NCBI GenBank assembly: GCA_003141895.1
Contig: PLNT01000043.1
Location: forward strand, 20,813-84,812
DNA length: 64,000 nucleotides
Source: Bacteroidales bacterium
GTDB taxonomy: Bacteria; Bacteroidota; Bacteroidia; Bacteroidales; VadinHA17
Reading direction: 5' to 3'
In this document: positions 55,756 to 64,000 of the stretch, in pieces
Layout: each line of letters begins with the position of its first letter
Position numbering within the stretch: the first letter of the stretch is position 1
Made by a program: the position numbers and the translations under genes
The notes under the pieces: model-generated
What the model was told of the DNA's origin: nothing
Databases searched by the model: none
What the model saw: only the letters and a program-made list of their open reading frames with translations

Positions 55756-57159
55756 ATGATTAAACTAAAAAATAAGATAATGGAAAAACTGCCCTTAAGT
55801 ATTCTGATCCTGGTTCTGGCACTGGTAGTAACTATTGTTGGTTGTACAGTTTCAGGAAAAAAGAAAGAATTTAAGCCTTTTGTTTCAGAAGTTGTACACC
55901 CTGAATGGTCAAAAAATTCGGTACTGTACGAAGTTAATGTCAGACAGTATACACCTCAGGGTACTCTCAATGCTTTTACGGAACATCTGCCCAGACTAAA
56001 ATCACTCGGAATTGATGTGTTGTGGTTCATGCCAACGTTCCCTATCGGAATTAAAAATAAAAAAGGGGAGCTTGGGAGCTATTATTCGGTAAAAGATTAT
56101 CTCAACGTGAATCCTGCTTTCGGGACTCTCGATGATTTTAAATCTATGCTGAACAAGGCGCATGAAATGGGTATGAAAGTTGTTATTGATTGGGTACCGA
56201 ATCATACTTCATGGGACAATAATCTTACAATTGAGCACCCTGACTGGTATGTCAAAGATGCTAAAGGAAATTTCACACCGCCAATCGGATTTGACTGGAC
56301 TGACGTGATTCAACTTGACTGGTCGAAGAAAGAACTGCAGGATTATATGTTAGATGCATTGAAATTCTGGGTAAATATGGGCGTCGATGGATTCCGTATT
56401 GATCATCCGAATAATACGCCAAAGGAATTCTGGGATAGGGCAAGAACTGAACTAACTGCAATCAGACCAGTTCTTTTGATTGGAGAAATTGAACAACCAA
56501 CCAATTATATGGAAAAAGGATATGACATGAACTATGCCTGGGAGTTGTATCACCTTACAGTCAATATTGCGCAGGGGAAAGATAATGTTGGGAAACTCGC
56601 AAAATACTATAATAGAGAATGGCAGATTTATCCGAATAATGTTTACAGGTTGCAGTTTCTTACTAACCACGACCAGAATACATGGGAAGGAACAATTGAC
56701 ACACTTATGGGTAAAGCTCAAAAGCCTTTGGCTGCTTTAATTTTCACAGCACAGGGAGTACCATTAATTTATAGCGGGCAGGAAGTCTGCCTTAACAAAC
56801 GTCTGAAGTTTTTTGTAAGAGATACAATCAAATGGGATACCTGCAGTATGACAGGGTTTTATCGTAATCTTGTAAAGCTGAAACATTCAAACAAAGCTAT
56901 CTGGAATGGTGATGCCGGAGGTCGTATGATCAAAATCGCAACAGATAAGGATAGCAGTATCTTTGCTTTTTACCGTGAAAAGGATGATAACAGGGTTGTT
57001 GTATTTCTCAATCTGACAAAGAAGAATATTGCAATTAAGTCACTTCCCGGAAACATAAATGGTGAGTATACAGACTATTTTGCAGGTTCGAAGATCGTTC
57101 TTCCTCTAACTGATTCATTGAGATTTGAACCCTGGGATTTTAAGATTCTGGTGAAATAA
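55756..57159 (+). CDS. GH13 alpha-amylase, lipoprotein
   Basis: Lipobox 'IVGCT'. The GH13 regions are 'VIDWVPNHTS', 'VDGFRIDH', 'LLIGEI' and 'FLTNHDQ'. The start may instead be the Met at 55780. Confidence 0.85.
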   Translation: MIKLKNKIMEKLPLSILILVLALVVTIVGCTVSGKKKEFKPFVSEVVHPEWSKNSVLYEVNVRQYTPQGTLNAFTEHLPRLKSLGIDVLWFMPTFPIGIKNKKGELGSYYSVKDYLNVNPAFGTLDDFKSMLNKAHEMGMKVVIDWVPNHTSWDNNLTIEHPDWYVKDAKGNFTPPIGFDWTDVIQLDWSKKELQDYMLDALKFWVNMGVDGFRIDHPNNTPKEFWDRARTELTAIRPVLLIGEIEQPTNYMEKGYDMNYAWELYHLTVNIAQGKDNVGKLAKYYNREWQIYPNNVYRLQFLTNHDQNTWEGTIDTLMGKAQKPLAALIFTAQGVPLIYSGQEVCLNKRLKFFVRDTIKWDTCSMTGFYRNLVKLKHSNKAIWNGDAGGRMIKIATDKDSSIFAFYREKDDNRVVVFLNLTKKNIAIKSLPGNINGEYTDYFAGSKIVLPLTDSLRFEPWDFKILVK

Positions 57160-57186
57160 AGGATAAGAACTTACACAAAATGGGCA

Positions 57187-57310
57187 ACCCCCTCCCGCTT
57201 CGCGGGGTCCCCCTAGGGGGACTAATTCGGACATTTAAACGAATTTGCTATAAAAAAGAGCATTGACCCCCCTGCCTACCGGCAGGCAGGCTTTAGGGGG
57301 GCAGGGGGGC
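57187..57310. repeat. Family B GC-rich palindromic element between the two amylase genes
   Basis: It contains the small hairpins CCCGC-ttc-GCGGG and TCCCCC-ta-GGGGGA. It also contains GGGGGACTAATTCGG (57216-57230) and CCCCCCTGCC...GGCAGGGGGG. Confidence 0.7.
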
Positions 57311-57341
57311 TCAACCCAGGTGTTTAAATCATATATATTTC

Positions 57342-59243
57342 ATGAAAACCGGAATCATTCTTCTGATCGTATTTATATCGTCTCTTTCCGGTTGCGGAAC
57401 AAAGTCAACTTATAAACAACAACCAGATATTAATAGGCTTTCCGCAGTTCCTGTATGGGCAAAAGAAGCAATCTGGTACCAGATTTTTGTAGAAAGGTTT
57501 CGGAATGGAGACCCCGAAAACGATCCGACACCATCAGATATGTCTGGTTCATATCCTGAAAAATTACCCGTTAACTGGAAAATAACTCCATGGGGTCATG
57601 ATTGGTTTGCTCATGAGCCATGGCTTGATGATGTCGGGGCAAATGGATTCGATTCAAAAATTCAGGCCAGACGATATGGAGGCGATCTGCAGGGGGTACT
57701 CGATGAAATGGATTATCTTCAGGCTCTCGGAATTACAGCGATCTATTTCAATCCTCTAAATGATTCACCGTCGTTGCATAAATATGATGCAAGGAATTAT
57801 GCACATATTGACAGAAATTTTGGTCCGGATCCAAAGGGAGATGTTGCCATAATGGATGCCGAAATCCATGATGATCCTTCAACCTGGAAATGGACGTCAG
57901 CCGACAAACTTTTTCTGAAAGTCATTAATGAGTTTCATAAAAGAGGGATCAGGGTGATAATGGATTATTCGTGGAATCACACTGGGAAAGCATTCTGGGC
58001 ACTTGACGACATAAGAAAAAACGGGAAAAATTCAAAGTATGCAGATTGGTACACAATTACCCGTTTTGATGACCCGGCAACTAAAGAAGATGAGCTAAAG
58101 TACGTTGGATGGGGAGGGAATAATCCATGGATGCCAGTGTTTAAAAAGGATATAATTCCGCCTGATAAAAAGACGATGCCCTTCGAAGGCAATTTTCATT
58201 CGGAATCATTAAAAAAACATATTTTCGATGTTACCAAACGATGGCTCGACCCTGACGGAGATGGCAATCCATCAGATGGCGTAGATGGATTCAGGCTTGA
58301 TGTTGCGGGAGAAATACCCATGGGATTCTGGCGAGAATACCGCAAGGTAGTCCGTTCTGTTAACCCGGAAGCTTACCTTGTCGGGGAAATATGGTGGCTC
58401 GAATGGCCAGATAAATTATTTGATCCGAATGTCTATCTAGAAGGAGATCAATTTGATGCAATAATGAATTACAGGTGGTTCCGGGTTGCAAGAGGATTCT
58501 TCGGACAGGCTGAACCGGTATTGACGCCAACCGGATTTGTAAGTGAAATTGACAGGATCAATAAGGGAATAAAATCTGATAATCTTGAAGCAATGATGGA
58601 TGTAGTTTCTACACATGATACACCCAGGCTTTCAACTTCCTTATACAATAAGGAGATGGATAAATACAAAGCAAAACCATCAGAGAATGCTGATTATAAG
58701 ATAAATAAGCCAGATCAGCGAACAAGGACGGAACAAATTATGCTTCTTATTCATCAGTTTACATTTATCGGGGCACCGCAGATATGGAACGGAGAAGAGA
58801 CCGGAATATGGGGAGCAGATGATCCGGATTGCAGAAAACCTCTTGTATGGGATGATATCACATACGAAGATGAACGTGCCGCATATGATCCTGAAAAGAC
58901 CAGGCCTGTTGATGTCGTGAAACCAGATAAAGCTTTAAGATCATTTTACAAAAAGCTTTGCAGCATAAGAAAAGAAAATCCGGTTCTGGTTTATGGTAAT
59001 CTTCATTTTTCAATTGCCGATGACAGGAAAATGGTGTTGGCATATAGCCGTACCCTGGGGAAAGATGAAATCGAAGTTGTTTTTAACAGGTCGGATAGTG
59101 TAAGACTTGTAAAGGTTCCGGTAAAAGCGGAAGGGAAATTTGAAGATTTGCTTTCTCCCGGTAAGATCTCATTTGAAAGTTCTGATAAAAAAATTGAAAT
59201 CATCATGAAACCCCTTTCAGGTGTAATACTAAAAAAGGAGTGA
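57342..59243 (+). CDS. GH13 alpha-amylase (neopullulanase/cyclomaltodextrinase-like), lipoprotein
   Basis: Lipobox 'LSGCG'. The GH13 regions are 'IMDYSWNHTG', 'VDGFRLDVAGEI', 'YLVGEIW' and 'VSTHDTPR'. Confidence 0.85.
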   Translation: MKTGIILLIVFISSLSGCGTKSTYKQQPDINRLSAVPVWAKEAIWYQIFVERFRNGDPENDPTPSDMSGSYPEKLPVNWKITPWGHDWFAHEPWLDDVGANGFDSKIQARRYGGDLQGVLDEMDYLQALGITAIYFNPLNDSPSLHKYDARNYAHIDRNFGPDPKGDVAIMDAEIHDDPSTWKWTSADKLFLKVINEFHKRGIRVIMDYSWNHTGKAFWALDDIRKNGKNSKYADWYTITRFDDPATKEDELKYVGWGGNNPWMPVFKKDIIPPDKKTMPFEGNFHSESLKKHIFDVTKRWLDPDGDGNPSDGVDGFRLDVAGEIPMGFWREYRKVVRSVNPEAYLVGEIWWLEWPDKLFDPNVYLEGDQFDAIMNYRWFRVARGFFGQAEPVLTPTGFVSEIDRINKGIKSDNLEAMMDVVSTHDTPRLSTSLYNKEMDKYKAKPSENADYKINKPDQRTRTEQIMLLIHQFTFIGAPQIWNGEETGIWGADDPDCRKPLVWDDITYEDERAAYDPEKTRPVDVVKPDKALRSFYKKLCSIRKENPVLVYGNLHFSIADDRKMVLAYSRTLGKDEIEVVFNRSDSVRLVKVPVKAEGKFEDLLSPGKISFESSDKKIEIIMKPLSGVILKKE

Positions 59244-59349
59244 GGTTTGAGGAAAGAGAAGTGAGGAAATATTCTGGTGAAATTTTTATGTCTTCGTGCC
59301 TTGGTGGCAGAAAATGTCATAAGTCAATTTTTTTAAACAAAAAAAGACT

Positions 59350-59357
59350 TATTTTTG
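59350..59357 (+). promoter_or_regulatory. candidate -7 promoter element (TAnnTTTG)
   Basis: TATTTTTG lies 46 nt upstream of the gcvH ATG. This is a motif match only. Confidence 0.3.
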
Positions 59358-59402
59358 GCTGACGCTGAATACAGGAAGAAACTTATCAAAATCTAACTAA
59401 AT

Positions 59403-59777
59403 ATGAATGTTCCAGAAAATTTATTGTACACAAAAGACCATGAATGGTTAAGGGTTGAAGAAAATTTCGGTTATGTAGGAGTTACTGATTTTGCTCAGGG
59501 AGAACTTGGTGATGTTGTATTTATTGAGATCGAAACCGTTGGTGAAACTCTTAAAAAAGAAGAGGTATTCGGAACTATTGAGGCAGTAAAAACAGTCTCA
59601 GACATGTTTATGCCAGTAGGTGGCGAAATTCTCGAATTAAATCCAATGCTTGAGCAGTCACCCGAAGTTGTAAATAAAGATCCTTATGGAAATGGTTGGA
59701 TGGTGAAGATTAAGATTACCGATCCTTCGGAGGTTAGTAGTTTGCTTACAGCAGAAAAATACAAAGCTCTCTTGTAA
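59403..59777 (+). CDS. gcvH: glycine cleavage system H protein
   Basis: 'YTKDHEWL' is present, and the lipoyl-lysine motif is 'IEAVKTVSD'. 124 aa. Confidence 0.95.
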   Translation: MNVPENLLYTKDHEWLRVEENFGYVGVTDFAQGELGDVVFIEIETVGETLKKEEVFGTIEAVKTVSDMFMPVGGEILELNPMLEQSPEVVNKDPYGNGWMVKIKITDPSEVSSLLTAEKYKALL

Positions 59778-59806
59778 CTCTTCCAGAATTCCTTATAAAC
59801 CTTAGA

Positions 59807-59976
59807 GCCCCTCCCGCTACGCGGGATCCACCTAAAGGGGGAACAATTCTGTGGTATTTTTGTGAATTCATTCAGGACACCGAATTAGTCCCCCTAAAGG
59901 GGGACATCCCGATAGCTATCGGGAGCGTAGCGGCAGGGGGTTGGCCTATTTAGCGTACTTTGCGGTTAATTGTTTT
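59807..59976. repeat. Family B GC-rich palindromic element in the gcvH/infB convergent gap
   Basis: It contains CCCGC-ta-GCGGG, CCGAATTAGTCCCCC (59880-59894, the reverse complement of the 15-mer at 12210 and 57216) and TCCCCC-taaa-GGGGGA. It also has the perfect palindrome TCCCGATAGCTATCGGGA. The terminal 19-mer CTTTGCGGTTAATTGTTTT (59958-59976) is identical to 12291-12309. Confidence 0.75.
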
Positions 59977-62900
59977 AGAGAGTTTTCTTTACTTCAAATT
60001 CCTGATATCCCTCAACAACGTCACCTACTTTAATGTCGTTGAAATTATGGATGTTAAGTCCGCATTCATATCCGCCGACAACCTCTTTCACATCATCTTT
60101 AAACCTCTTGAGTGATCCAAGCTCCCCGGTATAAATTACGATACCATCGCGGATAATTCTGACTCTTGTATTTCTTGTAATTTTGCCTTCCTTAACATAG
60201 CATCCGGCTACTGTCCCGACTTTTGTAACCTTAAATATCTCGCGGATTTCAAGAGTTGCAACAATCTCTTCTCTTACTTCAGGCATAAGCATACCTTCCA
60301 TTGCGGATCTAATCTCCTCAATTGCATTGTAGATAATAGAATAGAGACGAACATCAATTTCCTCTTTTTCAGCGAGTTTTCGGGCACTCATTGAAGGTCT
60401 TACCTGGAATCCGACAATAATGGCGTTGGAAGCTGCAGCGAGGAGAACGTCTGATTCAGAGATCTGACCTACTGCCTTGTGAATTATATTAAGCTGTATC
60501 TCAGGTGTTGAAAGTTTAATAAGCGAATCGCTTAATGCTTCAACAGAACCATCGACATCACCTTTAACAATAATATTAAGTTCCTGGAAATTACCGATTG
60601 CAATTCTTCGTCCGATTTCATCAAGTGTAATATGTTTCTGTGTACGCAGGCCTTGTTCCCTCTGGAGCTGAGCTCGCTTTGTTGCAATATCCTTGGCTTC
60701 GCGGTCGCTATCCATCACATTAAATTTGTCACCTGCCTGTGGAGCTCCGTTAAGTCCCAGTATCAGGGTAGGGGTTGCTGGACCTACTTCATCAACCTTA
60801 TAACCTCTTTCGTTATACATTGCTTTTATATGTCCAAAACAACTGCCTGCAAGCATGACATCTCCGATTTTTAATGTTCCGGCCTTTACAAGAACTGTGG
60901 CAGTAAATCCACGTCCTTTATCAAGTGAAGATTCAATGACTGTTCCGATGGCCGGCTTGTCAGGGTTGGCTTTCAGGTCAAGCATTTCGGCTTCAAGAAG
61001 TATTTTATCAAGGAGAACGTCAATATTGAGACCGCTCTTGGCAGAAATTTCCTGTGACTGGTATTTTCCGCCCCAGTCTTCAACCAGATAATTCATGGCT
61101 GCCAGAGCTTCTTTTATTTTGTCAGGATTTGCGGTAGGTTTATCAATTTTGTTGATTGCGAAAATAATCGGAACGCCGGCTGCGGAAGCATGGTTAATAG
61201 CTTCTTTCGTCTGAGGCATGACGCCATCATCTGCTGCAACAACTATTATGGCAATGTCAGTTATTTGTGCACCACGGGCACGCATTGCGGTAAATGCTTC
61301 ATGACCGGGGGTATCGAGGAAAGTAATCTGCCTTCCATCCTCAAGGATAACACCGTAAGCTCCTATGTGCTGGGTAATACCTCCGGCCTCACCTGCGATA
61401 ACGTTTGTATTCCTGATATAGTCGAGTAGTTTTGTTTTCCCATGGTCAACATGTCCCATGACCGTTACAATCGGTGGTCTTGGTTTAAGATCCTCTTCCT
61501 CATCTGCTTCTTCACGAACTGCTTCCTGTAATTCTGCACTCACGAATTCAACTTTGAAACCGAACTCATCGGCAAGAAGCGCCATCGTTTCAGCGTCGAG
61601 ACGTTGGTTAATCGAAACGAACAGACCAAGATTCATGCATGTGGAAATAATATCAGTAACAGGGACAGCCATCATCGAGGCGAGTTCATTAACTGATACA
61701 AACTCGGTGACTTTCAAAATATTTTTATCGAGTTCCTGCTGATCAACAACCTCCTGGTGTTTCTGACTGATTGCTTCTCTTTTTTCCCTGCGGTACCTTG
61801 AACCTTTTGATTTGCCTTTTGTGGTAAGTCTGGCAAGTGTTTCTTTGATCTGCTTCTGAACCTCTTCCTCATTAACTTCTGCTCTTATTGGCCGTTTTTT
61901 AACGACCTTTTTTGCAGTTGGTTTTTCCTTTTTATCGGTCGTTACCGGTTTTACAACAGGTACATTTTCTTTTTCCTTAAGTATTCTTTTTCTCCTCTTC
62001 TTTCTCCTGAAATCTGAATCTCCACTAACTCTTACAGGTTGAAATGGAGTTGCTTTCTTTTTCTCTTCAACAGGAAGATCTATTCTTCCAACTACTCTCG
62101 GACCAACAAGTTTTTTGAAATCAGTTTTATATAGTGCTACTATGTCTTCCTCCGGTTCAGGAATTATAATGTCCTCAATTAGATTTTCAATTTGGACCTC
62201 CTCGGCTGCAGGTTCTTCAACCGGTTCTTCAATAATTTCCGGTTCCTTTATAGGTTCGGGCTTCCTGCGGATCTCCTTTTCTTTTGTTTTTTCTTTAGCA
62301 GGCGTTTTAGCCTTTTCTTTCTGTTCTTCCTTTTTTGTTTGTTTATTGTCTTTGGTAATTGTCTCAAGATCAATTTTCCCTACAATATGAAGATCAATGT
62401 TTGATTTGGAATTTTTTTCTTCTACCGGGATCTCAGGTTCGTTTTTCTCTTTCCTGGCAATTGCTTTCTGGACTTTCTCAGGTTTCTCAGTCTTTTCAGG
62501 CTCAACTGGAACTGGGGTGGCTTTTTGAACGGGTTCCTCTTTAGGTGCAGGAGCTTTTTCAACTTTCGGTTTTAATGTCTTTTCAAGATCAATCTTACCA
62601 ATAAGTTTTATATCCGGTTTCTTAATTTCAGTTTTAATCTCAACAGTTGACTTAATTCCGGAAGAGTCTTTTACCAGAACATCATCATCCCTTTCAGATT
62701 CTTCAGTTTCAGATTTTTCTGAAAAATCGTTTATTGAAACAGTTTCTTTTTTTCTGTGAAGATCTTTTAAAATAAGTTTCTCAGATTCCTTTTTTACGCT
62801 GATATCTGTACTGTACTCTTTTACAAGCAAAATATAAGCTTCATGCGGAAGTTTTGTATTTGGGTTGGGATCGAGATCAAACCCTTTCTTATGCAGGAAA

Positions 62901-62977
62901 TCCACAATAGTGGATATTCCCACATTAAATTCGCGGGCTGCTTTACTCAATCTTGTAACCTTTATATCCTCTGTCAT
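59975..62977 (-). CDS. infB: translation initiation factor IF-2
   Basis: 1000 aa. It has a K/E/P-rich N-terminal region and G-domain motifs 'GHVDHGKT', 'DTPGH' and 'NKID'. It lies downstream of nusA. Confidence 0.95.
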   Translation of the reverse strand: MTEDIKVTRLSKAAREFNVGISTIVDFLHKKGFDLDPNPNTKLPHEAYILLVKEYSTDISVKKESEKLILKDLHRKKETVSINDFSEKSETEESERDDDVLVKDSSGIKSTVEIKTEIKKPDIKLIGKIDLEKTLKPKVEKAPAPKEEPVQKATPVPVEPEKTEKPEKVQKAIARKEKNEPEIPVEEKNSKSNIDLHIVGKIDLETITKDNKQTKKEEQKEKAKTPAKEKTKEKEIRRKPEPIKEPEIIEEPVEEPAAEEVQIENLIEDIIIPEPEEDIVALYKTDFKKLVGPRVVGRIDLPVEEKKKATPFQPVRVSGDSDFRRKKRRKRILKEKENVPVVKPVTTDKKEKPTAKKVVKKRPIRAEVNEEEVQKQIKETLARLTTKGKSKGSRYRREKREAISQKHQEVVDQQELDKNILKVTEFVSVNELASMMAVPVTDIISTCMNLGLFVSINQRLDAETMALLADEFGFKVEFVSAELQEAVREEADEEEDLKPRPPIVTVMGHVDHGKTKLLDYIRNTNVIAGEAGGITQHIGAYGVILEDGRQITFLDTPGHEAFTAMRARGAQITDIAIIVVAADDGVMPQTKEAINHASAAGVPIIFAINKIDKPTANPDKIKEALAAMNYLVEDWGGKYQSQEISAKSGLNIDVLLDKILLEAEMLDLKANPDKPAIGTVIESSLDKGRGFTATVLVKAGTLKIGDVMLAGSCFGHIKAMYNERGYKVDEVGPATPTLILGLNGAPQAGDKFNVMDSDREAKDIATKRAQLQREQGLRTQKHITLDEIGRRIAIGNFQELNIIVKGDVDGSVEALSDSLIKLSTPEIQLNIIHKAVGQISESDVLLAAASNAIIVGFQVRPSMSARKLAEKEEIDVRLYSIIYNAIEEIRSAMEGMLMPEVREEIVATLEIREIFKVTKVGTVAGCYVKEGKITRNTRVRIIRDGIVIYTGELGSLKRFKDDVKEVVGGYECGLNIHNFNDIKVGDVVEGYQEFEVKKTL

Positions 62978-63030
62978 AAATATGCCTTGCCTTTATTATA
63001 TTCTTGTTGGGAATGATTTAGAATTATTTT

Positions 63031-64000
63031 TTACTCAAATTCGGCTCTCAGTATGTTAACAACCTCTTTAACTGTTTCTTCTTCCAGGTCAGTTCTTTTA
63101 ACTAGATCGCTTATTGATAGATTCAGCACGCTTCTTGCTGTATCGCAACCAATTGCTTTGAGTTCCTCAATTATCCAGTCTTCTATTTCATCTTCAAATT
63201 CTTCGAGGTTTACATCTTCCTCATCTTCTCCTCCTGGTTCCCTGTAGACGTCAATCTCGTAACCTGTCAGCTGGCTAGCGAGCTTTATATTCAGACCGCC
63301 CTTCCCAATTGCCAGAGAAACTTCATTGGGTTTCAGATAAATCTCTGCTCTTTTTGTTTCTTCAACAAGTTTTATGGAGGTAATCTTGGCTGGACTTAAT
63401 GCTCTCTGTATAAATAGCTGATTGTTGGAAGTATAGTTAATTACGTCAATATTTTCATTTCGCAATTCCCTTACAATACCATGGATCCTCGAACCTTTCA
63501 TTCCAACGCAGGCACCAACCGGATCAATTCTTTCATCATATGATTCAACAGCAACTTTTGCACGTTCACCTGGTACCCTGACGATATTTTTAATCGTGAT
63601 CAAACCATCAAATATTTCGGGAACTTCAAGTTCAAATAACCTTTCAAGAAATACAGGTGATGTACGGCTCAGTATGATAAACGGAGTATTGTTTCTCATT
63701 TCGACCTTTATGACAACTGCCCTTATTGAATCTCCTTTGCGGAAATGATCGGATGGTATCTGTTCGCTTTTTGGCAATATCAGTTCATTCCCATCGTCAT
63801 CAAGAACAAGAATTTCTCTTTTCCAGACCTGGTAGACTTCACCGGTGACAATTTCGCCAATCCTGTCTTTATACTTGATATAGATATTATTCTTTTCCAG
63901 ATCGAGAATACGGGCGGTAAGATTTTGTCTTAGTGACAATATCGCCCTTCTTCCAAAATCAAGAAATTTGACTTCATCAGATACCTCTTCACCTACTTCA
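63031..64000 (-). CDS. nusA: transcription termination/antitermination factor NusA (N-terminus beyond window edge)
   Basis: S1 domain ('GEIVTGEVYQV'), KH domains ('VGACVGMKGSRI', 'LAIGKGGLNIKLAS') and an acidic C-terminus. The frame stays open to nt 64000 ('...KFLDFGRRAILSLRQN'), so the track's Met at 63939 is internal. Confidence 0.9.
   Translation of the reverse strand, partial: EVGEEVSDEVKFLDFGRRAILSLRQNLTARILDLEKNNIYIKYKDRIGEIVTGEVYQVWKREILVLDDDGNELILPKSEQIPSDHFRKGDSIRAVVIKVEMRNNTPFIILSRTSPVFLERLFELEVPEIFDGLITIKNIVRVPGERAKVAVESYDERIDPVGACVGMKGSRIHGIVRELRNENIDVINYTSNNQLFIQRALSPAKITSIKLVEETKRAEIYLKPNEVSLAIGKGGLNIKLASQLTGYEIDVYREPGGEDEEDVNLEEFEDEIEDWIIEELKAIGCDTARSVLNLSISDLVKRTDLEEETVKEVVNILRAEFE

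Noticed and set aside
59244-59402. Glycine riboswitch upstream of gcvH
   Set aside because: I looked for the conserved GGAGAG...ACCGAAGGGGCAA-type cores and did not find them. There is only an AT-rich hairpin (59321-59351) and a candidate promoter motif.
61900-62700. Apparent repeats and several + strand ORFs (62115..62390, 62192..62404, 62359..62544) inside infB
   Set aside because: They reflect the K/E/P-rich low-complexity N-terminal region of IF-2 read in antisense. I saw no true tandem DNA repeat unit.

Overview
The window looks like a chromosomal segment of a Bacteroidota bacterium. Evidence for that placement: a 2480-aa SprA (type IX secretion/gliding) directly after ruvA, many lipoprotein-type signal peptides, and TAnnTTTG-type candidate promoters. 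A 1Fe superoxide reductase, a class I Fe-S fumarase and an MqnC/MqnE-type radical SAM gene suggest an anaerobic or microaerophilic lifestyle. That lifestyle call is inference.

Content is mainly housekeeping and carbohydrate or energy metabolism:
- Housekeeping: fumB, dxr-rseP-tatA, pepA-pdxA-ruvA-sprA, gcvH, the infB-nusA 3' part, and one initiator-like tRNA-Met.
- Glycerol cluster: glpD-glpK-glpF.
- Maltose/starch operon: GPH transporter, pgmB, GH65 phosphorylase and two GH13 amylases.
- A GH5 plus CBM6-like pair.
- A six-gene minus-strand operon headed by an aldo/keto reductase and ending in a GH29 fucosidase.

I saw no CRISPR array, transposase, integrase, prophage or recognisable defence system.

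Two things stand out:
1. Several families of GC-rich, highly structured palindromic elements sit in almost every 3' intergenic gap. Family A has four ~80-bp co-oriented copies, plus one variant with the same architecture but different sequence. Family B is modular and shares exact 15- and 19-mers between copies. Family C is nested-palindrome, MITE-like, and includes a 336-bp element with 18-bp terminal inverted repeats. These elements also create several spurious ORFs in the supplied track.
2. At 5.1-10.6 kb there is a periplasmic redox gene neighbourhood. It contains a membrane-anchored NapC/NirT-type tetrahaem cytochrome c fused to a cysteine-less FGE/SUMF1-like domain. Next come a Tat-exported Gfo/Idh/MocA oxidoreductase, a Tat-exported xylose-isomerase-like TIM barrel and a secreted beta-propeller lactonase. 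I interpret this, as a hypothesis only, as a quinone-linked periplasmic sugar or glycoside oxidation system.

All functional calls rest on motif recognition by eye in the supplied translations. No database search was run.
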